A DNA stretch of 63,919 nt, the filler included, from Octopus bimaculoides (taxonomy: Eukaryota): assembly GCF_001194135.2 (NCBI RefSeq). It is 6 parts of 6 records of this genome, joined end to end, with 100 filler letters (N's around TTAATTAATTAA, not from the genome) between each part and the next. Parts side by side here need not be neighbours in the genome. Positions count along the whole stretch, not along the records: positions 1 to 20,160 come from NC_068985.1; 5 more parts are not named here. One strand, written 5' to 3'. Positions 1 to 12,642 of the stretch are shown one piece after another. The notes below the pieces were generated by a model. It had not been told where the DNA came from. It saw nothing but the letters and a program-made list of their open reading frames with translations, and ran no database searches. Each line of letters starts with the position of its first letter. The stretch's first letter is position 1. The translations under genes were made by a program, and so were the position numbers.

Positions 1-223
1 TATAAACACATACAGAGATAGTTTTGTGTTAGTCTAAAATAAAGTTAATGTAAATATATTGTACGCGTGTAAAATGTATATATATGATTAGACATCGAAC
101 GAAAATATATACACGCAGTGAAATGAACGAATAACATTCGTTATAACAATATCAAGTCGCGTCTAGGGCCTAAAAAAAAAACTTGAATGACTTCAAAACA
201 AAAAAAAAACTAACTTAACTCAC

Positions 224-296
224 CTTCTCGTGTTTGCTCGTAGATGCTTTTATCCACATCAGTTCTAAAATCGCTTATGTGATAGTCAAGAGTCAT
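224..296 (-). CDS. Candidate first coding exon, MTLDYHISDFRTDVDKSIYEQTRE plus 1 nt (phase-1 donor); product unknown
   Basis: ATG at 296 with an in-frame TGA four codons upstream, 24 open codons, then GAAG|GTGAGT donor (intron from 223). Lies in non-repetitive, CpG-containing DNA. No homology recognised. Confidence 0.4.
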
Positions 297-329
297 TTGG
301 ACAGGGTTTCAGTTTGATAAATTCTCTAT

Positions 330-565
330 AAGGTAGACCAAGAATGGCAATGAAAGAAAAACATAGAACGCGAGAGGACTCTTGACGGATAAAGTGTTTC
401 CAGCTTCGTTGTATAAAACCAACGACTACACAACACTTTTTGATGAAAACCTCGTAGCGTTGCACATAGTTATTTTCTCGAAGCCCATTCAGTAATTCAA
501 GCCTTATTTGGAAATGTTTGCGTAGGCCGACCAATCGCTTGACGGAACGTCATCTGAAGGTGGAG
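330..565 (-). promoter_or_regulatory. Possible promoter/5' region upstream of the 296-224 exon
   Basis: Unique, locally CpG-rich sequence with CCAATC (531-536) and a TGACGT CRE-like site (minus strand, ~547-552), next to long (CT)n/(CA)n tracts. Confidence 0.3.
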
Positions 566-589
566 TGAATTATATCATATGTTATGGTA

Positions 590-796
590 ATTACACCCTC
601 ACGCTACTCATGTTTCTTTTACCTCTCTCTCTCCCTCTTCACTTATTCACCCACTCTTCCTACTCTCCCTTCTTCACTCTCTGTCTGTTTCCCTATTTCT
701 CTCCCTCTCCCTCGGTCTTAAACTTTCTTCCTTTATTAATTATTCTCGCTTTTACTCTCTTTATGTATTACTCCGTCTTTCTTTTAAATAGTTTAT

Positions 797-827
<31 letters not shown>

Positions 828-1033
828 ACACACTCTCCCTTTCCTTCTCTCTCACTTTTTCCCTCTCTGTCTCTCTTTCTCCCCCCTCTCTCTCTTCTTA
901 AATAGCTGTAATCAATTCATTTTCTCGTCATTTCAATCTTCTTTCTATCCGTCCTCGCATTTGAAAAAGTAGTTTTTCCCTCTGCATTTCTGCTTCCGAT
1001 TTTTTCTCTCATTTTTCCCCGTCACTTTTTGCC

Positions 1034-1074
<41 letters not shown>

Positions 1075-1271
1075 CGTATAGTTTTTCTATCATTACCCAC
1101 TCATTACTCTGTATCTATCTAAATAGGGGTCTGGATTATTTATTTTCTTCGTCTCTCTCTCTCTCAATCGCACTTTCTTTTCTCCATAACTTCAAAATGT
1201 TTTTAACTTTCCAAAATCAGCCCCTTCCTTCCTCCGCTTTTCACGCCATATCCATAACCTCTCTATTTCCC

Positions 1272-1307
<36 letters not shown>

Positions 1308-1314
1308 CTTATCC

Positions 1315-1350
<36 letters not shown>

Positions 1351-1800
1351 ATCTAACCTTTATTTATTTTTTTCTTTCTCTTACCTCCCTTTTCCTATGT
1401 CGTGTCAAATATCTCCGACTCTCAAACTTTTATCCCGCTTCTCTCTCTCTCTCTCTCTCTCTCTTACACACGCACCTTCTCTCTTTCCTTCTGTTTCTTT
1501 ATCTGTCATACTCCCTTCTCCCACTCTTTCTCTCTCTCCCTGCTATTTCTCTCTCTCTAACACACACGCATACATGCACCTCTCTCTCTCCTTACATTTC
1601 ACTGCAACATGTGTCTGTATATTCCCTCTTTCTCTACTTCAAGTATTGTTAGCGTGAACTTTCCACTGACGCTTGTATTTTTATTATTATTTTATTTCAA
1701 TGTTGTTTGTTTCTACCCAACTTTTTTTCTCTATTCGTTTCTTTCTTGCACTTCAATTTCTCTCTTTCTTCTCCCTTTTTCCTTTCGCTCTGTCCCCCAA
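590..1800. repeat. Pyrimidine-rich low-complexity block with (CT)n, (CA)n and (CTAT)n microsatellites
   Basis: Directly visible; explains the spurious ORFs at 565-1873. Confidence 0.9.
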
Positions 1801-1865
1801 ATCATATTTCTTTCATAAAATGTGTCCGACTGTCTGTCTGTCTGTCCGTGCGTATTTCCATGCTC

Positions 1866-1898
<33 letters not shown>

Positions 1899-1914
1899 GA
1901 GATAGATAGACTGG

Positions 1915-2126
1915 TTTCAAATTTTGGCACAAGGCCACCAATTTCAGGGGGAAGGGCAAGCTGATTACATTGGACCCCAGTGCTCAACTGTTACTTATTT
2001 TATCGACCCCGAGAGGATGAAAAGCAAAGTCAACCTTGGCGGAATTTGATCTTAGTTTCATAGACAGACGAAATGCCGCTAATCATTTTGCCCAACGTTC
2101 TAAAGATTCTGCCAGCTCGCCACCTT
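1915..2126 (-). mobile_element. tRNA-derived SINE, family B (head GGCGGCGAGCTGGCAGAA; core GGTCGACTTTGCCTTTCATCC...GATAAA.TAAGTACC)
   Basis: Reverse complement of the copies at 4368-4563 and 22521-22952; more than 12 copies in the window. The core resembles my recollection of Meta/Sauria-type SINE cores (not verified). Confidence 0.8.
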
Positions 2127-2137
2127 AATAAATACAT

Positions 2138-2199
<62 letters not shown>

Positions 2200-2214
2200 T
2201 ATAAATATTATGTA

Positions 2215-2612
2215 GGCGCAGGAGTAGCTGTGTGGTAAGTAGCTTGCTTACCAACCATATGGTTACGGGTTCAGTCCCACTGCGTGGCACTTTGCACAAG
2301 TGTCTTCTATTATAGCCTCGGGTCAACCAAAGTCTTGTGAGTGGATTTGGTAGACGGAAACTGAAAGAAGTCCGTCGTATGCGTGTGTGTGTGTGTGTGT
2401 GTGTATGTGTGTGTGTGTGTGTGTTTGTCACACCACCATCGCTTGATAACCAATGTTGGTGTGTTTAAGATCCCCGTAACTTAGCGGTTCGGCAAATGTG
2501 ACCGATAGAATAAGTACTAGATTTACAAAGAATAAGTCCAGGGTTCGATTTGTTCGACTAAAGGCGGTGCTCCAGCATGGCCGCAGTCAAATGGCTGAAA
2601 CAAATAAGAGAA
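2215..2612 (+). mobile_element. tRNA-derived SINE, family A, full length (head, (TG)n, tail)
   Basis: A-box-like TGGCTGTGTGG and B-box-like GGTTCAGTCCC; internal (TG)n; tail ending CCAGCATGGCCGCAGTCAAATGGCTGAAAC; many homologous copies in the window. Confidence 0.85.
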
Positions 2613-2737
2613 ACATATGTAACGCATTCCATTACATGTGTATGTCTTTGGGCATTTGTAATTATGAGCGAGTATGTGCGTGTGTGTGTGTGTTTGTGTT
2701 TGTGTGTGTTTGTGTGTGTTTGTGTGTGCGTGTAGTG

Positions 2738-2787
<50 letters not shown>

Positions 2788-3318
2788 CGATAGACTGTAT
2801 GTACATATACGCAAACAATATACCAGACGCGCGCGCGCACATGTGAGTGTGTATAGTAATTATACTGTTAAACATTTCATAGTTATATGGAAGATAATTT
2901 CTGTGCAAAAACGATTAACGAGAGAACCCCNNNNNNNNNNNNNNNNNNNNNNNNNNNNNNNNNNNNNNNNNNNNNNNNNNNNNNNNNNNNNNNNNNNNNN
3001 NNNNNNNNNNNNNNNNNNNNNNNNNNNNNNNNNNNNNNNNNNNNNNNNNNNNNNNNNNNNNNNNNNNNNNNNNNNNNNNNNNNNNNNNNNNNNNNNNNNN
3101 NNNNNNNNNNNNNNNNNNNNNNNNNNNNNNNNNNNNNNNNNNNNNNNNNNNNNNNNNNNNNNNNNNNNNNNNNNNNNNNNNNNNNNNNNNNNNNNNNNNN
3201 NNNNNNNNNNNNNNNNNNNNNNNNNNNNNNNNNNNNNNNNNNNNNNNNNNNNNNNNNNNNNNNNNNNNNNNNNNNNNNNNNNNNNNNNNNNNNNNNNNNN
3301 NNNNNNNNNNNNNNNNNN

Positions 3319-3391
<73 letters not shown>

Positions 3392-3632
3392 TTTTTCACC
3401 TGTCTCAGTCAGACTGCAGCCATGTTGGAATACCGCCTTGAAGGGTTTAATGGAGCAAATCAACCCCAATATATACTTTTTAAAGTCCAGTACTTCTTCT
3501 ATCGACTACCATTGCCGAACCGACATATAATGGGGCCGTAAACAAAGCAACACTGGTTGTCAAGTAGTGGTGGGGAACAAACAGCACAAACACACACCCA
3601 CACATACACACAGACGACGGGCCTCTTTCAGA
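3392..3632 (-). mobile_element. SINE family A, degraded 3' half
   Basis: Similar to the reverse complement of 2400-2612. Confidence 0.7.
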
Positions 3633-3760
3633 TTTTATTTACTAAATGGTATTCAAGGAAACCAGAAAGTTATAACTTAAACCTGCCGAAATTCACCCAG
3701 AGGGCGCTGTATCCGCTACGATGTACGATTATATATTCAAGTGCGTATATACATACACAC

Positions 3761-3792
<32 letters not shown>

Positions 3793-4116
3793 TATCACTG
3801 GGTACATTGTGTTTCTGGGAGTCACATGTTCTCATAAGTTTGTGGTCACTTGGTGAATCCCCCCACCCCAGCGGGACTGTAAGGAGAATCGTGAAGGTGT
3901 GGTGGTCTTTACATACAGCGTAAGACGGAAACCTGACGTCGTGTGGGAACCATCAACCTACAGTTTGCTACGTGAAAAGAAACCAAAAATCGAAACCAGC
4001 ATTAAAAGTTGTATCTTAAGATCTATCTATGTATTTTACTTAATATAATCACGTCGTTATTCGTCTGGAGATATAATTTCTTAGGGACTTGTTGTGTTAA
4101 AAGGTACAGCATATAT

Positions 4117-4280
4117 AGCGGAGGGACGTTCGTCATTACGTTCTGAGTTCAAATTCAGCCGAGGTCGACTTGGCCTTTCATTCTTTCAAGGTCGATAAAA
4201 TAATTACCAGTTGTGTACTGGGGGTCGACGTAATCGATTCATTCCCTTCCTCAAACTTGCTGGTCTTGTACCAAAGTTTG

Positions 4281-4327
<47 letters not shown>

Positions 4328-4562
4328 GTTGTTGTTGTTGTTGTTGTTGTTGTTGCTGTTGTTGTTATGATGGCGAGCTGGCAGAATCGTTAGCACACCG
4401 GACGAAATTCTTAGCGGTGTTTCGTCTGCCGCTATATTCTGAGTTCAAATTCCGCCGAGGTCGCCTTTGCCTTTCATCCTTTCGGGGTCGATAAATTAAG
4501 TACCATTTGCGTACTGCCCCCCCTCCCGCAAAATTTCGGGCCTTGTGCCTATAGTACAAAGG

Positions 4563-4563
<1 letters not shown>
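4117..4563 (+). mobile_element. Two tandem SINE B copies (4117-4283, 4368-4563) separated by (ATC)n(GTT)n, followed by (ATT)n
   Basis: Repeated core TTCTGAGTTCAAATTC.GCCGAGGTCG. Confidence 0.85.
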
Positions 4564-4626
<63 letters not shown>

Positions 4627-5118
4627 NNNNNNNNNNNNNNNNNNNNNNNNNNNNNNNNNNNNNNNNNNNNNNNNNNNNNNNNNNNNNNNNNNNNNNNNNN
4701 NNNNNNNNNNNNNNNNNNNNNNNNNNNNNNNNNNNNNNNNNNNNNNNNNNNNNNNNNNNNNNNNNNNNNNNNNNNNNNNNNNNNNNNNNNNNNNNNNNNN
4801 NNNNNNNNNNNNNNNNNNNNNNNNNNNNNNNNNNNNNNNNNNNNNNNNNNNNNNNNNNNNNNNNNNNNNNNNNNNNNNNNNNNNNNNNNNNNNNNNNNNN
4901 NNNNNNNNNNNNNNNNNNNNNNNNNNNNNNNNNNNNNNNNNNNNNNNNNNNNNNNNNNNNNNNNNNNNNNNNNNNNNNNNNNNNNNNNNNNNNNNNNNNN
5001 NNNNNNNNNNNNNNNNNNNNNNNNNNNNNNNNNNNNNNNNNNNNNNNNNNNNNNNNNNNNNNNNNNNNNNNNNNNNNNNNNNNNNNNNNNNNNNNNNNNN
5101 NNNNNNNNNNNNNNNNNN

Positions 5119-5252
5119 TATTATATATATTTGTAAGTCCTGGTGTTTTTGTTATGTATTTGTCTGAATATTTTTTTTATTATACCTAAGGCACCTACTA
5201 TGATAGGAATTGTTTCTGTTTTTAGATTCCACATTCGAGTTATCTCTATTTC

Positions 5253-5255
<3 letters not shown>
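5119..5255 (-). mobile_element. 5'-truncated R4/Dong-like LINE fragment (restriction-like endonuclease C-terminus)
   Basis: EIEITRMWNLKTETIPIIVGALGIIKK; nearly identical to 36360-36490; 5' junction in (AAT)n. Confidence 0.8.
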
Positions 5256-5297
<42 letters not shown>

Positions 5298-5300
<3 letters not shown>

Positions 5301-5894
5301 GTAAGAGAGCAGTGCATGCCACCAAAGTAACACCGAAGTACAAATATACGAAGCCTAGTATATACATCATGACGACCCGTCTGATAAGGGTACACCAGGC
5401 ATATGCATCATAACCATATGTGCGTGACATGGTGATCTCATATCAAGATAAACAGCCCATGACCTTGCAGGTGAGGCCTAGTTAGAATTTTCTTCAGCTC
5501 GACTAGCTCATTCTCCTCAAAAGGTCCCTGAATAAGGCTTGTTTAAAGATGTTGAACCAAACACCTATGTTTCCAGGAGTGAATTGTTCAAACCCCAATT
5601 ATTCAAACTCCAGGGAATTCCTCTCAGTACATGGCTATCATGTGCCCCCACTACTTCTGCCAATGGTCAGAGATGCACCTGTCGTCAGCCACCAAAGGTT
5701 AAGGTCAAACGACAAGCAAATCAACTGGTTAAGAGTCGCTCAACAGAAAAGCAAATCTGTGGTATTGAGTAGAATAGTTGTTGTAGCTTATCTTTTATAC
5801 CAAGACAAAACATGTGCATAATAACACTGCCAATCAGTTAAGATCAGAAGCCACGAGAGCCACTGCCTGGTATTGCCTCATGGCATCATCATCA

Positions 5895-5929
<35 letters not shown>

Positions 5930-6992
5930 GAGTGAGAGAGCAGTGCATGCCATCAAAGTGACACTGGGGTAAAATATACGAAGCCCATTATACCCATCAT
6001 AACTACCCGTCTGATAAGGGTACACCAGGTACATGCATCACAACCATATGTGCGCGACATGGTGATCTCATATCAAGATAAACAGCGCATGACCTCGCAG
6101 GTGGGGCCCAGTTAGAATTCTCTTCAGGTCGAGTAGCCCATCCCGCTCAAAAGGTCCCTGAATAAGGTTTGTTTAAGGACGTTGAGCAAAANNNNNNNNN
6201 NNNNNNNNNNNNNNNNNNNNNNNNNNNNNNNNNNNNNNNNNNNNNNNNNNNNNNNNNNNNNNNNNNNNNNNNNNNNNNNNNNNNNNNNNNNNNNNNNNNN
6301 NNNNNNNNNNNNNNNNNNNNNNNNNNNNNNNNNNNNNNNNNNNNNNNNNNNNNNNNNNNNNNNNNNNNNNNNNNNNNNNNNNNNNNNNNNNNNNNNNNNN
6401 NNNNNNNNNNNNNNNNNNNNNNNNNNNNNNNNNNNNNNNNNNNNNNNNNNNNNNNNNNNNNNNNNNNNNNNNNNNNNNNNNNNNNNNNNNNNNNNNNNNN
6501 NNNNNNNNNNNNNNNNNNNNNNNNNNNNNNNNNNNNNNNNNNNNNNNNNNNNNNNNNNNNNNNNNNNNNNNNNNNNNNNNNNNNNNNNNNNNNNNNNNNN
6601 NNNNNNNNNNTTTTTTTCGTATGTGTATTTCGTGTGCAAGATTCTTGATGTGGATACGTGTGTTGAAAGAAACACAATTAAACCTTGGGAGAGGCATTAT
6701 GCCGGTAATAAACACACGTACTGGTTCAGTCTTTTATTAATTTATATAGTTTTTTGTTGTTAAATTATTTCATTGCACTCTTGCAATCTCTTCAGTAACT
6801 TGTCTCTCCACTTCCATTTATTTTGAATGTATGATTTAGCGTTGTTTTGAAATACCCATCATGACTACCCGTCTGATAAGGGTACACCAGGCACATGCAT
6901 CACAACCATATGTGTGCAACATGGTGATCTCATATCAAAATAAACAGCGCATGACTTCGCAGGTGAGGCCCAGTTAGAATTTTCTTCAGGTC
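5298..6992 (-). mobile_element. Three copies of a non-coding interspersed element E: ~590-bp copy 5298-5885, copy 5930-6191 cut by a gap, fragment 6853-6992
   Basis: Shared ACCCGTCTGATAAGGGTACACCAGG...CATGGTGATCTCATATCAAGATAAACAG. The first two copies abut (AAT)n. Further pieces at 36106-36245 and 47952-48023. Confidence 0.8.
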
Positions 6993-7509
6993 GGGTATTT
7001 CGATATTTTTGAAATCATAAAATCAACTTCAAAGTGGAAAGGGTTTAAGTTAAAGTGCGAAACAGCTCAATATAAACAAACTAACAGCGAGAACAATTAA
7101 AGGTACATGTAGATCCACTATAATCTCTAAATTTTCAATATGTTTAAAACACATCTCGTATATACGTGGTATATACAGTGGGACAAAAATCTATTATTTT
7201 GAATAGAAAATAAAACCCAATATTAGGTGAGTACATACAAATATACATACATACATACACACACTCACACACACACATACACACATACATACATACATAC
7301 ATACATACACACGCATATACACATACACATAACATACATATATGAGTAACAGTTTGTGAAATTTTTTCGGCTTTATCAACAGTATTTTACTCTACCTTTG
7401 GTATTTGAGTACTGTTTTTCCACTTTCCTTTCCACTTATGTGCTTCCTTTGTGTGTGCGCGCGTGTGTAATTGAATGATTAGGGACGGGTCATTCAATAA
7501 TTAACATTG

Positions 7510-7742
7510 GCTTCGAATTTAAGCACAAGGCCAGCAATTTGGAGGAGAGGGGGAAGTCGATTACACCAACCCTAGGGCTCGACAGGTACTTATTTTATCC
7601 GTCTACCAAATCCACTCACAAGGCTTTGGTCAGCCCGAGGCTATAGTAGAAGACACTTGCCCAAAGTGCCACGCAGTGGGAATGAACTCGGAATCATATG
7701 GTTGGTAAGCAAGCTACTTACCACACAGCCACTCCTACGCCT
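7510..7742 (-). mobile_element. Chimeric SINE: family A head (7742-7600) fused to family B 3' half (7599-7510)
   Basis: Minus-strand junction GGATTTGGTAGACG|GATAAAATAAGTACC. Confidence 0.65.
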
Positions 7743-7844
7743 ATGTGTGCATCTTTCTTTCTTATTTTCTTCCTCTGTCTCTCTCTCTCTCTCTCTGTAT
7801 ATATACACATATAGGCACACACACTTGAACACATATATATCTAT

Positions 7845-7879
<35 letters not shown>

Positions 7880-7883
7880 GAGA

Positions 7884-7917
<34 letters not shown>

Positions 7918-8954
7918 ACTATATATATATTTTTTTTTTACTCTTTTATTTGTTTCAGTCATTTGACTGCGGCCATGCTGGAGCACCACGTTAGGCGAGA
8001 GAGATAGACAGCGGCGAGCAGAGTGAGAGAGAGGGGGTGAGAGAGAGAGGGGGTGAGNNNNNNNNNNNNNNNNNNNNNNNNNNNNNNNNNNNNNNNNNNN
8101 NNNNNNNNNNNNNNNNNNNNNNNNNNNNNNNNNNNNNNNNNNNNNNNNNNNNNNNNNNNNNNNNNNNNNNNNNNNNNNNNNNNNNNNNNNNNNNNNNNNN
8201 NNNNNNNNNNNNNNNNNNNNNNNNNNNNNNNNNNNNNNNNNNNNNNNNNNNNNNNNNNNNNNNNNNNNNNNNNNNNNNNNNNNNNNNNNNNNNNNNNNNN
8301 NNNNNNNNNNNNNNNNNNNNNNNAGAGAGAGGGGTGAGAGGGGGTGAGAGAGAGGGAGTGAGAGAGAGAGGGGTGAGAGAGGGAGGGGGTGAGAGAAAGA
8401 GTGAGAGAGAGAAGGAGACAGAGAGACAGTCAGATAGACAGAGTCAGACAGTCAGACAGTCACACAGACAGATAAAGATACACACAGGCATATTTTTCGA
8501 TGCTGCAATATATTCGGCAACGAATAATATAGGCGAAGATGATGTTGCGGTGGTGACGGTGATGCCGTTGGTTGCGGTTAGCACCAGATCACTCATAATC
8601 ACCTATGCTTATAATCAACGGCGTTCTAACTAATCAATTTTTTTGAAAACATAGTTTATCTAAAAATACGCCATCTTGGATGCATTTACCCTCCCCATTT
8701 AAAAACAATATAATTTGATAAGATGCTAGATTGCTTTCTATTTCAGGTTGACCGAGGGAACAGAGAAAGTTTTCCTCCCATTTAGCTTACAATGTCAATG
8801 CTGTAGATTAGCTGGTGTCGCTAAGGCGTGCTAACTACCCCCTAGAAATGATGAGAAACAGAATGGAAGTAGAAAGTTGTAATTTTAATTTCCGTTTTAA
8901 TAATTTTTGTTTTAATCTATATCCTGAAGTTTCCATTTAGTTCTAGAAGTACCT

Positions 8955-8994
<40 letters not shown>

Positions 8995-9472
8995 NNNNNN
9001 NNNNNNNNNNNNNNNNNNNNNNNNNNNNNNNNNNNNNNNNNNNNNNNNNNNNNNNNNNNNNNNNNNNNNNNNNNNNNNNNNNNNNNNNNNNNNNNNNNNN
9101 NNNNNNNNNNNNNNNNNNNNNNNNNNNNNNNNNNNNNNNNNNNNNNNNNNNNNNNNNNNNNNNNNNNNNNNNNNNNNNNNNNNNNNNNNNNNNNNNNNNN
9201 NNNNNNNNNNNNNNNNNNNNNNNNNNNNNNNNNNNNNNNNNNNNNNNNNNNNNNNNNNNNNNNNNNNNNNNNNNNNNNNNNNNNNNNNNNNNNNNNNNNN
9301 NNNNNNNNNNNNNNNNNNNNNNNNNNNNNNNNNNNNNNNNNNNNNNNNNNNNNNNNNNNNNNNNNNNNNNNNNNNNNNNNNNNNNNNNNNNNNNNNNNNN
9401 NNNNNNNNNNNNNNNNNNNNNNNNNNNNNNNNNNTATATATTCTTTTATTCTTTTATTTGTCTCAGTCACAA

Positions 9473-10386
9473 GTAGTTTTCAAGAATTCGATGGGGCAAT
9501 TTTTCGATTCAAGACGCACCTCTCTCTGGCCGGTCAGCTGAGATTAACAGCGATACTAACTCCCGTTATACGACCAGGATGGATGATCCAGATATTCCCA
9601 AAATATCCAAATCAAGATTTGAAAACAATTTGCATCAATTTGGTTACATCAGAAGTCTCCATGCTAGTGTCCCACATCAGTTGAATGAGGCTAACCTCGC
9701 TCTACGGATTTCCATCTGTGATTTGTTGCAAGACATGTGAAGAAAACAATCCTGTTTTGAAAAGAATGATGGTGACAGAGGGAAAAAATGGATCCTTTAC
9801 AACCACGTGAAGTGCAAACGATCATGGAGGAAGCGCGGCGAGCCACCAAAACAAACAACCTCCTCAGTAGGACTAGAAATAGGTTATGCTTTCAATTTGG
9901 TGGGACGGTTAAGGTGTTGTCTGTTACGAACTTCTCACGGAGAGAATTCGGGTGTGTACTGTGACTAGCTGGAGAAATTAAACATAGCGATCCACGAGAA
10001 GCGTCCTGCACTCGCTAATCGTAACAACATTGTCATTCATCGCCATAATGCCAGACTGCACACTTTCTTGCAGACATGTTAGAAGTTTCAGAGGCTTGGC
10101 TGAAGAGTTTTGTTGCACTTTCAGATGTTTCCATATTTTGGTCTCTTCAAAGTTCATTGAAGGGACAAACCTTCAATTCTGAAGAGAATGTAAAAATTTA
10201 CCAGGCAGAGTTTTTCGCCTGTAAAGAAAGGAAATTCCTTGAGCTAGGCAAAATGGATGCTGACAAGATGGCAAAAGATAATGGAACAAAGCAGTAATAA
10301 TATCATTGATAGAATAAATCGCTTTGTGTTTAAAACTTGTCTTATTTTCGCTTTAAAAAACCGAAAGAAATTTTGGCCAACTCCAT
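9473..10386 (+). mobile_element. Degenerate mariner transposon (transposase pseudogene)
   Basis: Motif remnants GNFSIQDAPLSGR, VPHQLNE, KWILYN..K.KRSW, VML.IWWD, AIHEKRPALANR; many stops and frameshifts; 3' TIR-like AAAAAACCGAAAGAAATTTTGGCCAAC near 10355-10381. Confidence 0.85.
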
Positions 10387-12020
10387 GTATATATATCGTT
10401 GCTATTGTGTTAAACTGTCGTATGCCCAAATTTGGCCAAATGCGTTTTTTTTTTTAATCTTTTAATTTTTGTTTTTAATTTTAATTTTGCTTGCAATAGC
10501 AAAGCTATCGTTTTGGTCAAACTATCATATCTGCAGCTGCTTCAAATATGAAAATTGTCAAAGTGTAGTACAAGAGTTTAGCATTTTTCAAAAGTCCCAC
10601 ATACGACAGTTTTGCAAAAATATTTCTGACTGAAAATATCATACCTGCATGGAGTTACGATTTTATGCACCCAACAAAGTATCATTGTTAAGCTGAAACT
10701 GCTGCTAATCTAAAAAGAAATGGAATGGTGAAACTATTTTTTCGTTTTGTGGAAAAGCAACGATTTGTTCTTGCGACACTTTTGCATAGGAGCAACGATA
10801 TATATATATGTGTCTGTGTGTGTGTGTGTGAGTGTAATGCTATATCATATATATACTATACATACATGTGTATATCTATATTTATATACATATGCTGTAT
10901 TTATGTGTGTGTATATATATACATGTGTATATAAGCATATATATAAATATACATGTATATATAAATATCTATATACATATGTTACATTTATGTGTGTAAG
11001 CATTTCACCATAACCGGTTTTGATATATAAAAAAAAAACTAGTTATATATATGTAATAAATGCATTTGAAATATAATGTCCCGTCATCAAGAAATACAGA
11101 AATCAGCTCATTAGTTTCGCATTCATAGTTTTCTACGAAAAACGAACAGGTGTTAACAGGTGTTAAATTGTTGAATGTTAAGTGACTAAGAGAGACTTCT
11201 ACGCATTCATCAGTATCTTTCAAAGAAACGCTTTAGTGACTACTAATGACTATTGCTTTCAAAATACACCTTATAGATTATATTATTTAAATACCTTATT
11301 CTTGAACCGTTTCTAATCGTTAAGCATTCAAACTTTACCTTTTACTTGGAATATTTTGCTTGGAAAATTTTCCTTTCACTTGGAAAATTTTATGTTGTTC
11401 TTGCTCTTTAGGAAAATTTTTCAATAATAACAGAAAGGTATATGGTCTAGCTTAGATGAAGCCATTGCCTTTATAGTCCGGCAATCTACAGGTTTGCTCT
11501 CTTAACTAAGTATCCTTCTCCTGACACGCACCGCATATCAGACACTCTGCAGTAAATATGTACATGCACACACGTATACAGACACGCCTCTGTGTGTATG
11601 TAGAAGTAGGGGAGTACGAAATCTGGCGGGGCCCAGAGAAACCTTATTTAATGGGGGAACCACTTGAAACGGAAAAGTTTACAACAGTCACTATCAATAA
11701 ATAACTTTTGTGGAATCACAAATCTACTTTGAAAATTTGTTATATTTTGCTCAGAGTAACCTTCATATATTTTAAACTTTTTAATATTAAAATTTATATT
11801 TCTAGTTGACAGCATACATACTCTATAAGTAAAATACGACACATTTTCAATAACAACGAATGGCTAAAAGAAGAAATAGATAGATAGATAGATAGATAGA
11901 TGTTTTCGATCTAGTTTGGATTCTTTGCAATCAAATTTGATTGCAAAGAATGCAAATTTGATGGCAAATAATCCAAACTAGATCGAAAACACCTATATAT
12001 ATATATATATAAATATATAT

Positions 12021-12144
12021 GACGGGCTTCTTTCAGTTTTCGTCTACCAAATCCACTCACAAGTCTTTGGCCGGCCCGAGGCCATAGCAGAAAACACTTG
12101 CCCAAGGTGCTACGCAGTGGGACTGAACCCGGAACCACGTGGTA
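12021..12144 (-). mobile_element. SINE family A head fragment
   Basis: Reverse-complement match to 2250-2375. Confidence 0.8.
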
Positions 12145-12609
12145 AACATATATTTATGCACGCATACACAGAGAAGCACACACATTTCCCACACATACAT
12201 AGATATAAACATACATAAATAGGTGTATGTGAACGGACACAAATGAAAGTAAAAAAAAAGACATATAGAAGTGTATATCTTGTATGTTACAAATTGCATG
12301 GTTTAGTTTTTAAAATTCCTTAAGCACGATGTTTAAACATCCGCATATGCTCATGGTGGTGAAATAATCTAATAGATGTCAACTGGAGAGGTTCAAATAC
12401 ACTCTTACACAGCTTGACATACATATATCAATTACCTTACTAACATCTATGTACAGACTTACTGGCATAAACGATCAGGATAACATGAATGGTTTTGATT
12501 AAGTTAATTTTAAATAGTTTGAAATCACCATATAGCAAACACACACACACACACATACTTATATATGTGTGCATTTGCCTATGTATATATACACCTCTCT
12601 GTTTCTCTT

Positions 12610-12642
<33 letters not shown>

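Noticed and set aside
286-534. 82-aa minus-strand ORF MVGLRKHFQ...
   Set aside because: No recognisable motif; overlaps the likely 5' UTR/promoter of the 296-224 exon
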